Source of the DNA: Candidatus Eiseniibacteriota bacterium
GTDB taxonomy: Bacteria; Chloroflexota; Limnocylindria; Limnocylindrales; CSP1-4
NCBI GenBank assembly: GCA_035633135.1
Contig: DASQFM010000189.1
Span: 1 to 38,050 of the forward strand
Length of the DNA stretch: 38,050 nt
Reading direction: 5' to 3'
Position 1 is the first letter of the stretch; every line of letters begins with the position of its first letter. Of the stretch, positions 15,475 through 25,333 are shown one piece after another. The position numbers and the translations under genes were made by a program. The notes beneath the pieces were generated by a model, which made no database searches, was not told where the DNA came from, and was given only the letters and a program-made list of their open reading frames with translations.

Positions 15475-16995
15475 TCAGTGCGAGCCGTCCGCGAAGGTCC
15501 TGATCGTCCCGGTCAGGTCGACGATGCGGATCCGATAGTTCCTGGTGTCGGCGATGTAGACGTTGCCGGCGGCGTCGACCGCGAGCCCGAAGTTCCTATT
15601 GACGCCATTGAGCTGCGCCTTGGTCGCAGGCCCACCGTCGCCCGCGAAGCCGATTTCGCCGGTGCCGGCGAATGCGTGGATGATGCCCTGCGGGTCGATC
15701 CGCCGAACCCGGTTGCCGAGGCCTTCCCCGGCCGTCGGATCCGACACCCACGTGTCCCAAACCGCTTCACTGACATAGACGTTGCCCGCGGCGTCCACGG
15801 CGACGGCGCGTGGAGCCGCCAGGGAAGCGTCGACGGCGGGCCCTTCGTCGCCCTCTGACGCGAGCTGGCCGGTTCCCGCAATCGTGCTCATCCGCCCGCT
15901 TTTGTCGATCTTGCGGACGCGGTTGTTGCGGGTATCGGCGAAATAGATGTTGCCCTGCGCGTCGATTGCGATGCCCTCAGGGGTGTCGAGCGTCGCGTCG
16001 ATCGCTGGCCCTCCGTCGCCTCCGAAAGGTGGAAATCGGGCTCCGTCGCCGGCGATCGTGGTGATGATTCCGCTCGGGTCGACCATACGGATTCGGTGGT
16101 TATTCATGTCGGAGATGTACAGGTTGCCGTCGGCGTCAAAGGCGATCCCCGCCGGGCCGCCCAGTCGTGCCTCGGTCGCAGGTCCCCCATCGCCGGCTGG
16201 GTGGCTCAGGCCCCACCCGATCGGGCCGCTTCCGGCGACCGTAGTGATCAGGCCGGTCGCGTCGACCATCCGGACCCGGTTGTTGTCGGTGTCTGCCAAG
16301 AAGAGGTTGCCCGCCGCATCGAACGCGAGGTCGTATGGGCAGCCGAGGAGCGCTTTGGTCGCAGGCCCGGCATCGTCGCTGAAGCTACCGAAGCCGCCAC
16401 CGGCGATCGTCACGGGCCCGCCCGGGTCGCCCACCCGAAAGATGCGTCCCCGGAGGCAGTCCGTCGTGTAGACCCGTCCCAGCGAGTCGATCGCAATGTG
16501 CTCTGGCGAGAACGTCCAGGTCCGGGGCGTGGCGATCGGGAGCAGTACGCTGGCCGGCACGCCGGTTGGCGGAGGCGTCAGCAGTGCCGTCGGTGACGGC
16601 GATGGGATCGCCACGGGTGCGCCGACAAACAGGCCGCCGCCGACATTCCACAACAGGAGGCCCAGCACGACCAAAAGCGAAAGGAGAGCGACGCTCGAAC
16701 GACGGGGCTGCAGCGTAGTCAGGGGCCCGGCGGCAAACCCTCGTCCCGTGCTCATGCGTTGGATGACCCGAACCGGGGCGCCGGCCGTGGCAGCGGCGAC
16801 GGCGAGCGGCACCATCTCCCACCGGGCAGCAAGCAGCCTGCCTGCCCGGCGATGGCCTTCGAGCAGCCCGTGGCAACGGTCGCAAGTTTCGAGATGCCGT
16901 CGCTCAGACGGCGACAGCTGGTCGGCAACGGTCCCACCATCGGCCAGCTCCGCGAGCGTCGATTCCGTGACATGGCCCCAACCTGGGATCCTCAT
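15475..16995 (-). CDS. Zinc-finger (ZAS, HxxxCxxC) anti-sigma factor with extracytoplasmic NHL-repeat beta-propeller
   Basis: It overlaps the upstream sigma gene by 4 nt. 'HLETCDRCH' fits H-x3-C-x2-C, and the TM is 'VALLSLLVVLGLLLW'. About six repeats of the type 'GDGGPA..A.L..P.GIA.DA.GN.Y.AD..N.R.R' follow. Confidence 0.8.
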   Translation of the reverse strand: MRIPGWGHVTESTLAELADGGTVADQLSPSERRHLETCDRCHGLLEGHRRAGRLLAARWEMVPLAVAAATAGAPVRVIQRMSTGRGFAAGPLTTLQPRRSSVALLSLLVVLGLLLWNVGGGLFVGAPVAIPSPSPTALLTPPPTGVPASVLLPIATPRTWTFSPEHIAIDSLGRVYTTDCLRGRIFRVGDPGGPVTIAGGGFGSFSDDAGPATKALLGCPYDLAFDAAGNLFLADTDNNRVRMVDATGLITTVAGSGPIGWGLSHPAGDGGPATEARLGGPAGIAFDADGNLYISDMNNHRIRMVDPSGIITTIAGDGARFPPFGGDGGPAIDATLDTPEGIAIDAQGNIYFADTRNNRVRKIDKSGRMSTIAGTGQLASEGDEGPAVDASLAAPRAVAVDAAGNVYVSEAVWDTWVSDPTAGEGLGNRVRRIDPQGIIHAFAGTGEIGFAGDGGPATKAQLNGVNRNFGLAVDAAGNVYIADTRNYRIRIVDLTGTIRTFADGSH

Positions 16996-17489
16996 TGCTC
17001 CAGCCCCTGGCGGTAGGGCGCGAGATCACGGGCCAGCTTCCGGCGCGCCTTCCAGAGCGATGCCGCGATCGTCCCGCGCGTGATACCCAGCATTTCCGCC
17101 GCCTCCTCCTGCCGATAGCCGAGGCCATGCACGAGCACGACGGCAATGCGCTCCCGCTGCGGTAGCCGCATCACCGCGGCAGACGCGTCCATCCCCAGCT
17201 CTGCATCGACCGGCACGTATGAAAGCTCGTGCTCAGATGTCGACCTGATGTGCGCTCGCTGGCGCGTGACTCGCCGCACGGCGATGACGCGGAGCCACGC
17301 CCGCAGCGCATCTGAGTCGCGGAGCTGATCGAGGTGGCTGCGTCCTTCGATCAACGACTCCTGGGCGATGTCCTCGGATGTATCCGCGGCGCCAAGGGCG
17401 CGGCAGAGTCGTGTGAGCTCCGTGAACAGGACGGTGTACTGGGCATCGAAGCTGTCCTCGAGATCGCCCGCCAGCGCCATCACTGCCAC
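16992..17489 (-). CDS. ECF-family RNA polymerase sigma factor (distinct group from the other two)
   Basis: Region 2-like segment 'EDIAQESLIEGRSHLDQLRDSDALRAWLRVIAVR' and region 4 segment 'RERIAVVLVHGLGYRQEEAAEMLGITRGTIAASLWKARRKL' are present. The start is GTG 17489 or ATG 17480. Confidence 0.8.
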   Translation of the reverse strand: MAVMALAGDLEDSFDAQYTVLFTELTRLCRALGAADTSEDIAQESLIEGRSHLDQLRDSDALRAWLRVIAVRRVTRQRAHIRSTSEHELSYVPVDAELGMDASAAVMRLPQRERIAVVLVHGLGYRQEEAAEMLGITRGTIAASLWKARRKLARDLAPYRQGLEQ

Positions 17490-17577
17490 ACCATCTAAGT
17501 GCAGGATCGCAACAGTTTCGTTTACCGACGGGCAAAAACTAGACGACCGAAGGCCACGGCCGGCGCTTACGCCGCGA

Positions 17578-18543
17578 TCACTCGTCCGCGATTCGGAGCT
17601 GGCCGGTGTTCGCGCGCAGGCGGCCGCCGGTCTGGGCGATGACCACGCCGACCAGGATCATCGCGCCGCCGAGCAGCTGCAGCGGCCCGAGGGACTCGCC
17701 GAAGAGCAGGCTCGCCAGGGCGATCGTCCAGATCGGCTCGACCGTGCTCACGATCGAGGCTCGCGCCGCACCGATCCGATGTGCGCCCGCGTAGAACGCG
17801 AGGACGGCCACGAATGTCGAGACCACGCCAACTCCGGCGAGGCCGAACCACGCACCCTGGGGGATCTGGGCGGGCGTGACCGGCTGGCCGAGCGCGAGGG
17901 CGCTGATCCAGAAGGTGGCCGCCGTCGCCGACAGCATCACCGCGCCGGCCGCCAGCGGATCGACCCGCGCGTCTGCGTCGGCACCGACGCCGGTGCGGCC
18001 CTCGCCCGAGAGGCGGGCCGAGAGGACGATCCAGACCGAGTAGATCACGGGCGACAGGGCGATGAGGATGAGGCCGGCCGCACGTGGCGCCGATCCTGAT
18101 TCGATGTTCCCGACCGCGAGCGCGACACCGGCAAGCGCCAGGGCGAGCGCGCCCCACGCCCGCCGGCCCTGGAGTGGCTGCCCGATCTGCAGGGAGATCA
18201 CGGCGACGAGCGCGGGATAGATGTAGACGATCAGCGCGGCCAGTGACGCGGAGACCGACTCGAGGCCCGCGAAGTAGGTCGTCGAGTTGCCCGTGTACAG
18301 CACGCCCAGGGCAACTGCGACGGCGATGGCTCGCCCGCTCATCCGTCGGAGCGCGGCCCGCGAGCGGGCGTTCAGGAGGACCCAGCCCCACGCCAGTGCC
18401 GCGCCGATGAAGAACCGCCACGCGAGGAGCACATGCCAGCCCACGCCTTCGGCGTAGACCGGCTTGGCAAAGAGCGCACCCGACCCGAAGGCGAAGGCCG
18501 ACACGACCGTGAGGGCGGTTCCGATCGCGATCGAGCGGGGCAT
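17578..18543 (-). CDS. DMT superfamily (EamA-like) transporter
   Basis: There are ten hydrophobic segments in two halves. The sequence is Gly/Ala-rich in the EamA-like manner, e.g. 'ALTVVSAFAFGSGALFAK' and 'IVSTVEPIWTIALASLLFGE'. Confidence 0.85.
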   Translation of the reverse strand: MPRSIAIGTALTVVSAFAFGSGALFAKPVYAEGVGWHVLLAWRFFIGAALAWGWVLLNARSRAALRRMSGRAIAVAVALGVLYTGNSTTYFAGLESVSASLAALIVYIYPALVAVISLQIGQPLQGRRAWGALALALAGVALAVGNIESGSAPRAAGLILIALSPVIYSVWIVLSARLSGEGRTGVGADADARVDPLAAGAVMLSATAATFWISALALGQPVTPAQIPQGAWFGLAGVGVVSTFVAVLAFYAGAHRIGAARASIVSTVEPIWTIALASLLFGESLGPLQLLGGAMILVGVVIAQTGGRLRANTGQLRIADE

Positions 18544-18641
18544 CGCGCGAGGCTAGCAGCGCATCCGCGGCCCCATCTCGACACGCCGTTGCGCGGGAGC
18601 CAAACACCCGTGGGGAGCGCGCGGGCCGCTACCCTGACGTC

Positions 18642-21600
18642 GTGACGGAAGAGCGCCGGCTGGTGACAATCCTGTTCGCCGATGTCGTCGGTTCGACAGC
18701 GCTTGGCGAATCCCTGGATCCGGAGGACGTTCGTGCCCTCCTCGGCCGGCTGTTCGCCATCGCCCGTGATGCCGTCGAGCGGCACGGGGGACGCGTCGAG
18801 AAGTTCATCGGCGATGCGATCATGGCCGTCTTCGGATTGCCGATCGCCCACGACGACGACGCGGCGCGAGCGCTCTCCGCGGCCCTCGAGCTGCGTGACC
18901 GCGTCCGCGCCGACCCTGCCCTGGCCGATCGACTGGCGATCCGGCTTGGTGTCAACAGCGGCGAGGTCATCGCCTCCCGCGACCAGGATGCCCAGGAGTT
19001 CCTGGTCACGGGCGACCCGGTGAACACCTCGGCTCGCCTCCAGCAGGCGGCCGAGCCGTGGATGATCCTGGTCGGGGAGCGGACCGCCCGCGCCGCCGGC
19101 GACCGGTTCACGTTCGGCTCGCCGATCGCGGTGGAGGCCAAGGGCAAGGCCAATCCGGTGTCGGCATACGCGCTCGAGGCGGCCGTCGACGCCGGGAGCC
19201 GGGCGCGGCATCGGGGCCGGATCGTCGGTCGCGAGGCCGACCTCGCGCAGCTGGAGCTGACCGCGAGGCGCGCCTTCGATGAGCGGCGGCCGTTCGTGGT
19301 CAGCATCGTCGCCCCGGCCGGGGTCGGGAAGTCTCGGCTGCTGGAGGAGTTCCTCGACCATCTCGATCCGTCGGTCCTGGTGGCGACCGCGCAGTGCCTG
19401 CCGTACGGGCAGCGGCTCACCTACTGGCCGATGCGCGCGATCCTGCTCTCGATCATCGGCCTCGCTGACGCGTCGACGCCGGACGTCGTCCGGCCGGCGC
19501 TCGCCGGGTGGCTTCGAGATGCCGGCGACGCAGAGGCGGAACGCACCGCGGAACTGTTGGCGGCGACGATCGGGCCGGCGATCTTGAGAGTGCCGATCGG
19601 ATCGCGCTCTTCGCCGCCTGGCGCCGCTTCGTCGAGCTCGCAGCCGAACGATCGCCGCTGGTCCTCGTGATCGAAGACCTGCACTGGTCGAGCGACAGCC
19701 TCCTGGATCTGGTCGAGTCGATGCTCCAGCCGCGGGCCGACCTGCCGATCCTGATGATCGCCCTGGCTCGACCGGAGCTGCTCGATCGCCGGCCGAGCTG
19801 GGGTGGGGGGCGCCGCAACGCCGTCTCGATTGCCCTCGATCCGCTGCCGTCGCAGGCGGTCGCGGAGCTTGTCGCCGACCTGCTCCCGGACGCGACCCCG
19901 GAGATCGTCGACGCCGTCGTCGAGCGAGCCGAGGGAAACCCGTTCTATGCCGGCGAGATCGTCCGGTCCCTGATCGACCGCCTTGGCGCAGTGCCGGATC
20001 CGGCGGCCGTGCCAGCGGCGATCGCTTCCCTGCCCGATAACGTGCAGGCGACGGTCCTCGCCCGACTCGACGCGCTCGACCCGATGGCGCGTCGCGTCGT
20101 GCAGCTGGGTGCCGTCATGGGCCGGACCTTCGAGCCGCGAGCCCTGCCGGCACTCGAGCCGTCATTGACCGGGGCGCAGGTCGACGGCGCTGTCGAGGCA
20201 CTCCTCGACCGCGATCTGATCCGGTCGACCGGCCGCGGCCTCCAGACGTTCCGGCACATTCTCATTCGCGAGGTCGCCTACGGCACGCTGCCAAGGAGCG
20301 AGCGCGCCCGACTCCATGCCGCGGCCGGGAGCTGGCTCGAATCGGAGGCCGTCGCGACCGGCCGGGAAGACGAGCTGGCAGAGCTGGTCGCCTTCCACTT
20401 CCGTGAGGCCAGCGTCCTCGCCACGTTGCTGGCCGAGGCGCCGCTGCCGGACCTCCCGGATCGGGCCGTCCGATGGCTGCGCCGCGCCGCCGAGGTCGCC
20501 AACGCGGGCGCCGCCACGGTCGAGGCCGCCCGTCACCTCGAAGCGGCGGTCGAGCTCGCGCCTCGGGAAGCGCTGCCGGACCTGTATGAGCGCCTGGGGG
20601 TCGTCTGGGTCGGCGGCGACCAGGCGGTCGAGGCGTTCGAGCACGCATCGGCGCTGGGCCGCGAGCTGGGGCTCGGATCCGACCAGCACCTGGCGACCCT
20701 CGCCCAGGAGATGATCGTCCGGTCCCGGTGGGCCGGATCAATCGGCAGCCAGATGAGCGAGCCCGATCGTCACGGCCGTCTCGACGAGATCAGGCGGCTG
20801 CTCGGCGTGGTGACCGTCGAACGAGCACGAGCCCTCGGGACGCTCGCCCTCGGCTTCGGGGCCTTCATCGCCGACCGTCCCGCCGCTGAAGACGTCGCCA
20901 TCGCGGCCGACGCGTCGGCACGGGCGCTCGAGATGGCCAGGGCCCTCGACGATCCCGACCTGATCAGCGCGTGCCTCGACGCGGTTGGAGCTGTCGCCAT
21001 GGCGGACGACCGTTGGGAGGAAACGCGGGAGGTCGCCCAGCAGCGACTCGTCCTCGGGAGTCGGATCAGCACCAGCGAACGCCTGGACGCTGCCATCGTG
21101 AACACCTGGTCGTTGACGATCCTCGGGCGCCTCAGCGAAGCCGAGCTGGCCGCGGTCCAGGCCAAGGCAGGACTCGTCAGCGGGCAGGCTCCCGCATGGG
21201 TCGCCGGGGCGTCCTCGTGGCGGACCACCGTGCTTTTCTACCTGGGACGATGGGACGACGCGACCGCCGAGGCTGCGCGCATGGAGCGCGCCCTCGCCGA
21301 GTCGGAGATCCGAGCGCCGTGGTACGCCCTGAACGGGATCCTCTCGGCGTGGTCGATCGCGCGTGCTCGCGGGGATGCCGTGGAAGCTGATCGGTGGCGG
21401 GTCGTCGCCACGGCGATCTTCGAGCGGTCCGATTCGACGATCCGCACCCAGCGGCTCCGGGCGCTCGTGGACGGCGAGTTCGATTCGCTCGAGCGAGACT
21501 TCGTCGACGAGTTCCTCGTGTTCACTGGCCGCCTCGACCACGTGGCGCTCGTCCTCGCCGCGCTGGCCGACCGTCGCCTGGGCACCGAATCACGTTCTCT

Positions 21601-21898
21601 TGGCGAGATGATCGCGTACGCCGATGAGCGGTCGATCCTCCTGGTCTCGTCGCAGGCTCGCCGGCTTCGCGGGCTCCGCCGGCATGACGAAGGCGATCTG
21701 CGCGACGCGCTCGCCGCGTTCGAGGGGATGGAGGCCCGGCCCTTCATCGCCCGGACGAAGAGCGAGATCGGGCTCCTGACCGGAGATTCGGCGCTCATCG
21801 AGGGCGCGATCAGCGAGCTCGAGGCGGTCGGCGACCTCGAGCATGCGACGCGGGTCGTCGCCGAGCAGCGGGCCGCGAAGACCGCGCTCGCACGCTGA
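18642..21898 (+). pseudogene. Class III adenylate/guanylate cyclase - STAND/AAA ATPase - helical repeat signalling protein, reading frame broken by a single-nt shift near 19572-19582
   Basis: ORF 18642..19670 carries the cyclase domain ('ILFADVVGST', 'KFIGDAIMAVFG', 'GDPVNTSARL') and the P-loop 'APAGVGKSRL'. The protein continues in the +1 frame from about 19580 ('DLESADRIALFAAWRRF...LVLVIEDLHWSS', Walker B) to 21898. The paralog at 29920..33789 is uninterrupted across the equivalent region. Confidence 0.75.
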
Positions 21899-21920
21899 TC
21901 GAAGCGGGCATCATGCGGAC

Positions 21921-22706
21921 GTGACCAGCCTGCCAAACCCAGCCAGCCTGCGAAGACGGATTCACGCCGGCGAGACGCTCTTCGGCGCATGGTCGGACCT
22001 TGGGTCGCCGCTCGCCGCGGAGCTCATGGGCGACGCCGGCTTCGATTGGGTCGTCATCGACCTCGAGCACGGCGCGGCAACGGAGGCCGACCTCGTCGCC
22101 CACCTGCTCGCGGTGCAGGTCCGCGGGGCCGCGCCGCTCGTGCGCCCGCAGTCCGGCGAGCGCCTCCGGATCGGGCGCGCGCTCGACCTTGGCGCGGCCG
22201 GCATCGTCGTGCCCCGGCTGGATACCGCCGAGCAGGCACGCGAGGCCGTCACGTTCCTGCGGTATCCCCCGGAAGGCGGCCGGGGCGTTGCGCTGCGGAC
22301 GCGCGGGGCCCGCCTCGGCGCCATCGGCCATGCCGATGTCGGCACGGTCAACGCCGACATCGTGGGCATCGTCCAGATCGAGACGCCGGGCGGGCTGCGT
22401 GAGGCGGATGCCATTGCTGCGCTCGACGGGGTCGATGTGCTGTTCGTCGGTCCGGCAGACCTGTCGCACTCGCTGGGCGTGCCCGGTCGATTCGACGAGC
22501 CGATCTACCGGGACGCCCTCCAGACGGTGGTCGCGGCCTGCCGCCGGCACGGCAAGGCGGCCGGGATCCTGCTCTACGACCACGCGACGTTCGCCCCGCA
22601 TCTCGAGCTGGGATATAAGTTCATCGGCCTCGGCTCCGATGGCTCGTTCGTGGCCGCCGGGGCGAAAGCCGCACTCGCTGCCGGTCGAGCCGCCCTGGCC
22701 ACGTAG
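21921..22706 (+). CDS. HpcH/HpaI family aldolase (2,4-dihydroxyhept-2-enedioate aldolase-like)
   Basis: Segments 'GFDWVVIDLEHG', 'PLVRP', 'RYPPEGGRG', 'VQIETPGG' and 'GVDVLFVGPADLS' align by eye with E. coli HpaI. GTG 21921 is the first in-frame start after the upstream stop. Confidence 0.8.
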   Translation: MTSLPNPASLRRRIHAGETLFGAWSDLGSPLAAELMGDAGFDWVVIDLEHGAATEADLVAHLLAVQVRGAAPLVRPQSGERLRIGRALDLGAAGIVVPRLDTAEQAREAVTFLRYPPEGGRGVALRTRGARLGAIGHADVGTVNADIVGIVQIETPGGLREADAIAALDGVDVLFVGPADLSHSLGVPGRFDEPIYRDALQTVVAACRRHGKAAGILLYDHATFAPHLELGYKFIGLGSDGSFVAAGAKAALAAGRAALAT

Positions 22707-22742
22707 GGGCGCCTTCGACCGAACGCTCTACACTTTGGGCTT

Positions 22743-23243
22743 GTGACTGAACTGACTGAACGCGCGGTCGCGTCGCGGGTCCCATCGCTGGCCGACGAGA
22801 AGCTCAAGATGCTCAACCCGCGCGATCCGCTGACGGTGCGACCCGGGACGAGCTTGCAGGCCTGCCTGGACCTGATCCAGCGCACCGGCTCGGCGGATTC
22901 GGTCTTCGTGACGGATGACGACGGGCTGCTCCGCGGAGTCCTCACCGAGCGCGACATCTTCGCCAAGCTCGTCGGGACGAACGCCGACCTGGGCCAGCCG
23001 GTGGAGACGCTGATGGTCGACCATCCGTGGACGCTCCACCTCGATGAGCCGATCCGGCATGCGATCGATCTCATGCAGACCGGGCGCTATCGCAACGTTC
23101 CGCTGGTCGATGACGCGGGACATCTGGTCGGCGTGGTCCGCCCGGTCGACGTCCTGAAGTATCTCGCCGAAGCGTTTCCCGAGGAGCTGTTGAACCTGCC
23201 GCCGCGCCCGCACCAGCGCATGGACGAGGTCGACGGCGGATGA
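22743..23243 (+). CDS. CBS-domain pair protein
   Basis: There are two CBS-like units ('LLRGVLTERDIFAKL' and 'HLVGVVRPVDVLKYL'). The stop overlaps the korA start (ATGA). Confidence 0.8.
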   Translation: MTELTERAVASRVPSLADEKLKMLNPRDPLTVRPGTSLQACLDLIQRTGSADSVFVTDDDGLLRGVLTERDIFAKLVGTNADLGQPVETLMVDHPWTLHLDEPIRHAIDLMQTGRYRNVPLVDDAGHLVGVVRPVDVLKYLAEAFPEELLNLPPRPHQRMDEVDGG

Positions 23244-25333
23244 CGCCAAAGGCCGGCGCTGCTCCAAAGCCGGCAGCAAAGCCCAAACACGCAGCCGACC
23301 TGAAGCCCACCCGCAATCCGAAGGCCGCCGCCGATCCGAAGCCGACGGCCAATTCGAAGGCATCGGCCAAGCCTTCACCGACGACCGGCGTCTCGGGCAA
23401 CGGCGCCGGCGGGTCGCACACGGAGCGCCAGCTGGAGCGGGTCACGATCCGTTTCGCGGGCGACTCGGGCGACGGGATGCAGCTCACCGGATCGCAGTTC
23501 ACCCGGACCGCCGCGGCGTTCGGCAACGACATCTCGACCCTGCCTGATTTCCCGGCTGAGATCCGTGCGCCGGCTGGCTCGCTGCCTGGCGTGTCCGGGT
23601 TCCAGCTCAGCTTCTCGAGCACCGACATCCACACGCCCGGCGATGCGCCCGACGTCCTCGTCGCGATGAACCCCGCAGCCCTGAAGGCCAACCTGGGCGA
23701 GCTGCCCGCGGGCGGCGCCCTGGTCGTCAACGAGGACGCGTTTACTGCCCAGAACCTGACCAAGGTCGGCTATACGAGCAACCCGCTGACCGACGGCTCG
23801 CTGAAGGCGTGGAACGTGTTCAGCGTACCGATCTCGACGCTCAACAGCCGGGCGCTCGAAGGCCTCGGGCTGACGAACAAGCAGGTCGACCTGACGAAGA
23901 ACTTCTTCGCCCTGGGGCTCATGTTCTGGCTCTACGAGCGGAGCATGGACGGGACCCGCAAGTGGATCGACGAGAAGTTCTCGAAGCGCCCGGAGATCGC
24001 GGAAGGCAACAAGCGCGCCCTGCACGCCGGCTACAGCTTCGGCGAGACAACCGAGATCTTCCACGAGCGCTACATCGTCCCGCCGGCGAAGCTTCGGCCG
24101 GGCACGTATCGCAATATCACGGGCAACGAGGCGACGGCCCTCGGGATGGTTGCGGCCTCGCAGCTGGCGGATCGGGCCCTGTTCTACGGCTCCTATCCGA
24201 TCACCCCGGCGTCGGACATCCTGCACCAGCTCGCCGGCTACAAGTCCTTCGGGGTCAAGACGTTCCAGGCCGAGGACGAGATCGCGGCGATCGGCGCCGC
24301 GATCGGCGCCAGCTACGGCGGCGCCCTTGGGATGACCGGCACCTCCGGCCCCGGCGTGGCGCTCAAGAGCGAGGCCCTCGGGCTGGCGGTCATGGTCGAG
24401 CTGCCGCTCGTCCTGATCGACGTCCAGCGCGCCGGGCCCTCGACCGGCATGCCGACCAAGACCGAGCAGGCGGACCTGCTGCAGGTGCTGTTCGGCCGCA
24501 ACTCGGACTCGCCCCTGGCGGTCGTCGCGCCGGCGACCCCGGCCGAGTGCTTCACCTTCGCGATCGAGGCCTGGCGGCTGGCGCTCAAGTACATGACCCC
24601 GGTGGTCTACCTGTCCGACGCGTTCCTGGCGACGGGCGCGGAGCCATGGTCGATCCCGAACGTCGACGACCTGCCCGCCATCGCCGTCCCCAACCGGACG
24701 GAGAAGGAGGGTTTCTACCCGTACCTCCGGGACGAGACCACGCTGGCCCGTCCGTGGGCCGTGCCCGGCACGCCGGGGCTCGAGCACCGGATCGGCGGCC
24801 TGGAGAAGGCCGACATCATGGGCAACGTGAGCTACGACGCCGACAACCACCATCGGATGCAGCTGCTCCGGCAGGCGAAGATCGCCGGCATCGCCGACGA
24901 CATACCGCCGCTGCAGGTCGCCGGGCCTCCCGAGGGCGATCTCCTGATCCTCGGCTGGGGCTCCACCTACGGCGCCATCCGAAGCGCGGTGGAACGGCTC
25001 CAGGACCGCGGGGTCTCGGTGGCGCATGCCCAACTGCGCCATCTCAACCCGTTCCCCAGCAACACCGGCGACGTGCTGCGGGCCTATCGCAAGGTGTTGG
25101 TCCCCGAGATCAACCTGGGCCAGCTGCTGTTGCTGATCCGGGCCCGCTACCTGATCGACGCGGTCGGCTACAACAAGGTCCGCGGCAAGCCGTTCCGGAT
25201 CGCCGAGATCGAAGCCGAGGCCGAGCGGGTCCTCGCCGACATCAAGAATCCTCGGGCCGATGGCTCGCAGGAGCGTCGCCTCGGACCTCGGAGAGCGAAG
25301 GGTGAATCACGCGTGAGGGTGCCAGCAAAATGA
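23240..25333 (+). CDS. korA: 2-oxoacid (2-oxoglutarate):ferredoxin oxidoreductase subunit alpha, with Lys/Pro/Ala-rich N-terminal extension
   Basis: The core begins 'VTIRFAGDSGDGMQLTGSQF' and includes 'ITGNEATALG', 'YPITPASDI' and 'QAEDEIAAIGAAIGASYGG'. It is followed by the TPP-binding beta subunit. The first roughly 60 aa are PAKP-like low complexity. Confidence 0.9.
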   Translation: MTPKAGAAPKPAAKPKHAADLKPTRNPKAAADPKPTANSKASAKPSPTTGVSGNGAGGSHTERQLERVTIRFAGDSGDGMQLTGSQFTRTAAAFGNDISTLPDFPAEIRAPAGSLPGVSGFQLSFSSTDIHTPGDAPDVLVAMNPAALKANLGELPAGGALVVNEDAFTAQNLTKVGYTSNPLTDGSLKAWNVFSVPISTLNSRALEGLGLTNKQVDLTKNFFALGLMFWLYERSMDGTRKWIDEKFSKRPEIAEGNKRALHAGYSFGETTEIFHERYIVPPAKLRPGTYRNITGNEATALGMVAASQLADRALFYGSYPITPASDILHQLAGYKSFGVKTFQAEDEIAAIGAAIGASYGGALGMTGTSGPGVALKSEALGLAVMVELPLVLIDVQRAGPSTGMPTKTEQADLLQVLFGRNSDSPLAVVAPATPAECFTFAIEAWRLALKYMTPVVYLSDAFLATGAEPWSIPNVDDLPAIAVPNRTEKEGFYPYLRDETTLARPWAVPGTPGLEHRIGGLEKADIMGNVSYDADNHHRMQLLRQAKIAGIADDIPPLQVAGPPEGDLLILGWGSTYGAIRSAVERLQDRGVSVAHAQLRHLNPFPSNTGDVLRAYRKVLVPEINLGQLLLLIRARYLIDAVGYNKVRGKPFRIAEIEAEAERVLADIKNPRADGSQERRLGPRRAKGESRVRVPAK

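Noticed and set aside
17490-17560. The GAAC-N18-YYCAT promoter motif upstream of the third sigma (16992..17489).
   Set aside because: The motif is not present. There is only a GAAAC...TTAGAT arrangement whose -10-like box is 3 nt from the GTG, which is incompatible with a normal TSS. This fits a sigma that belongs to a different ECF group.
17533-17577. Intrinsic terminator after the DMT transporter gene (minus-strand TTTTT run at 17534-17538).
   Set aside because: I could not find a convincing stem immediately preceding the T-run. I found only short 4-5 bp pairings, so it is left unannotated.
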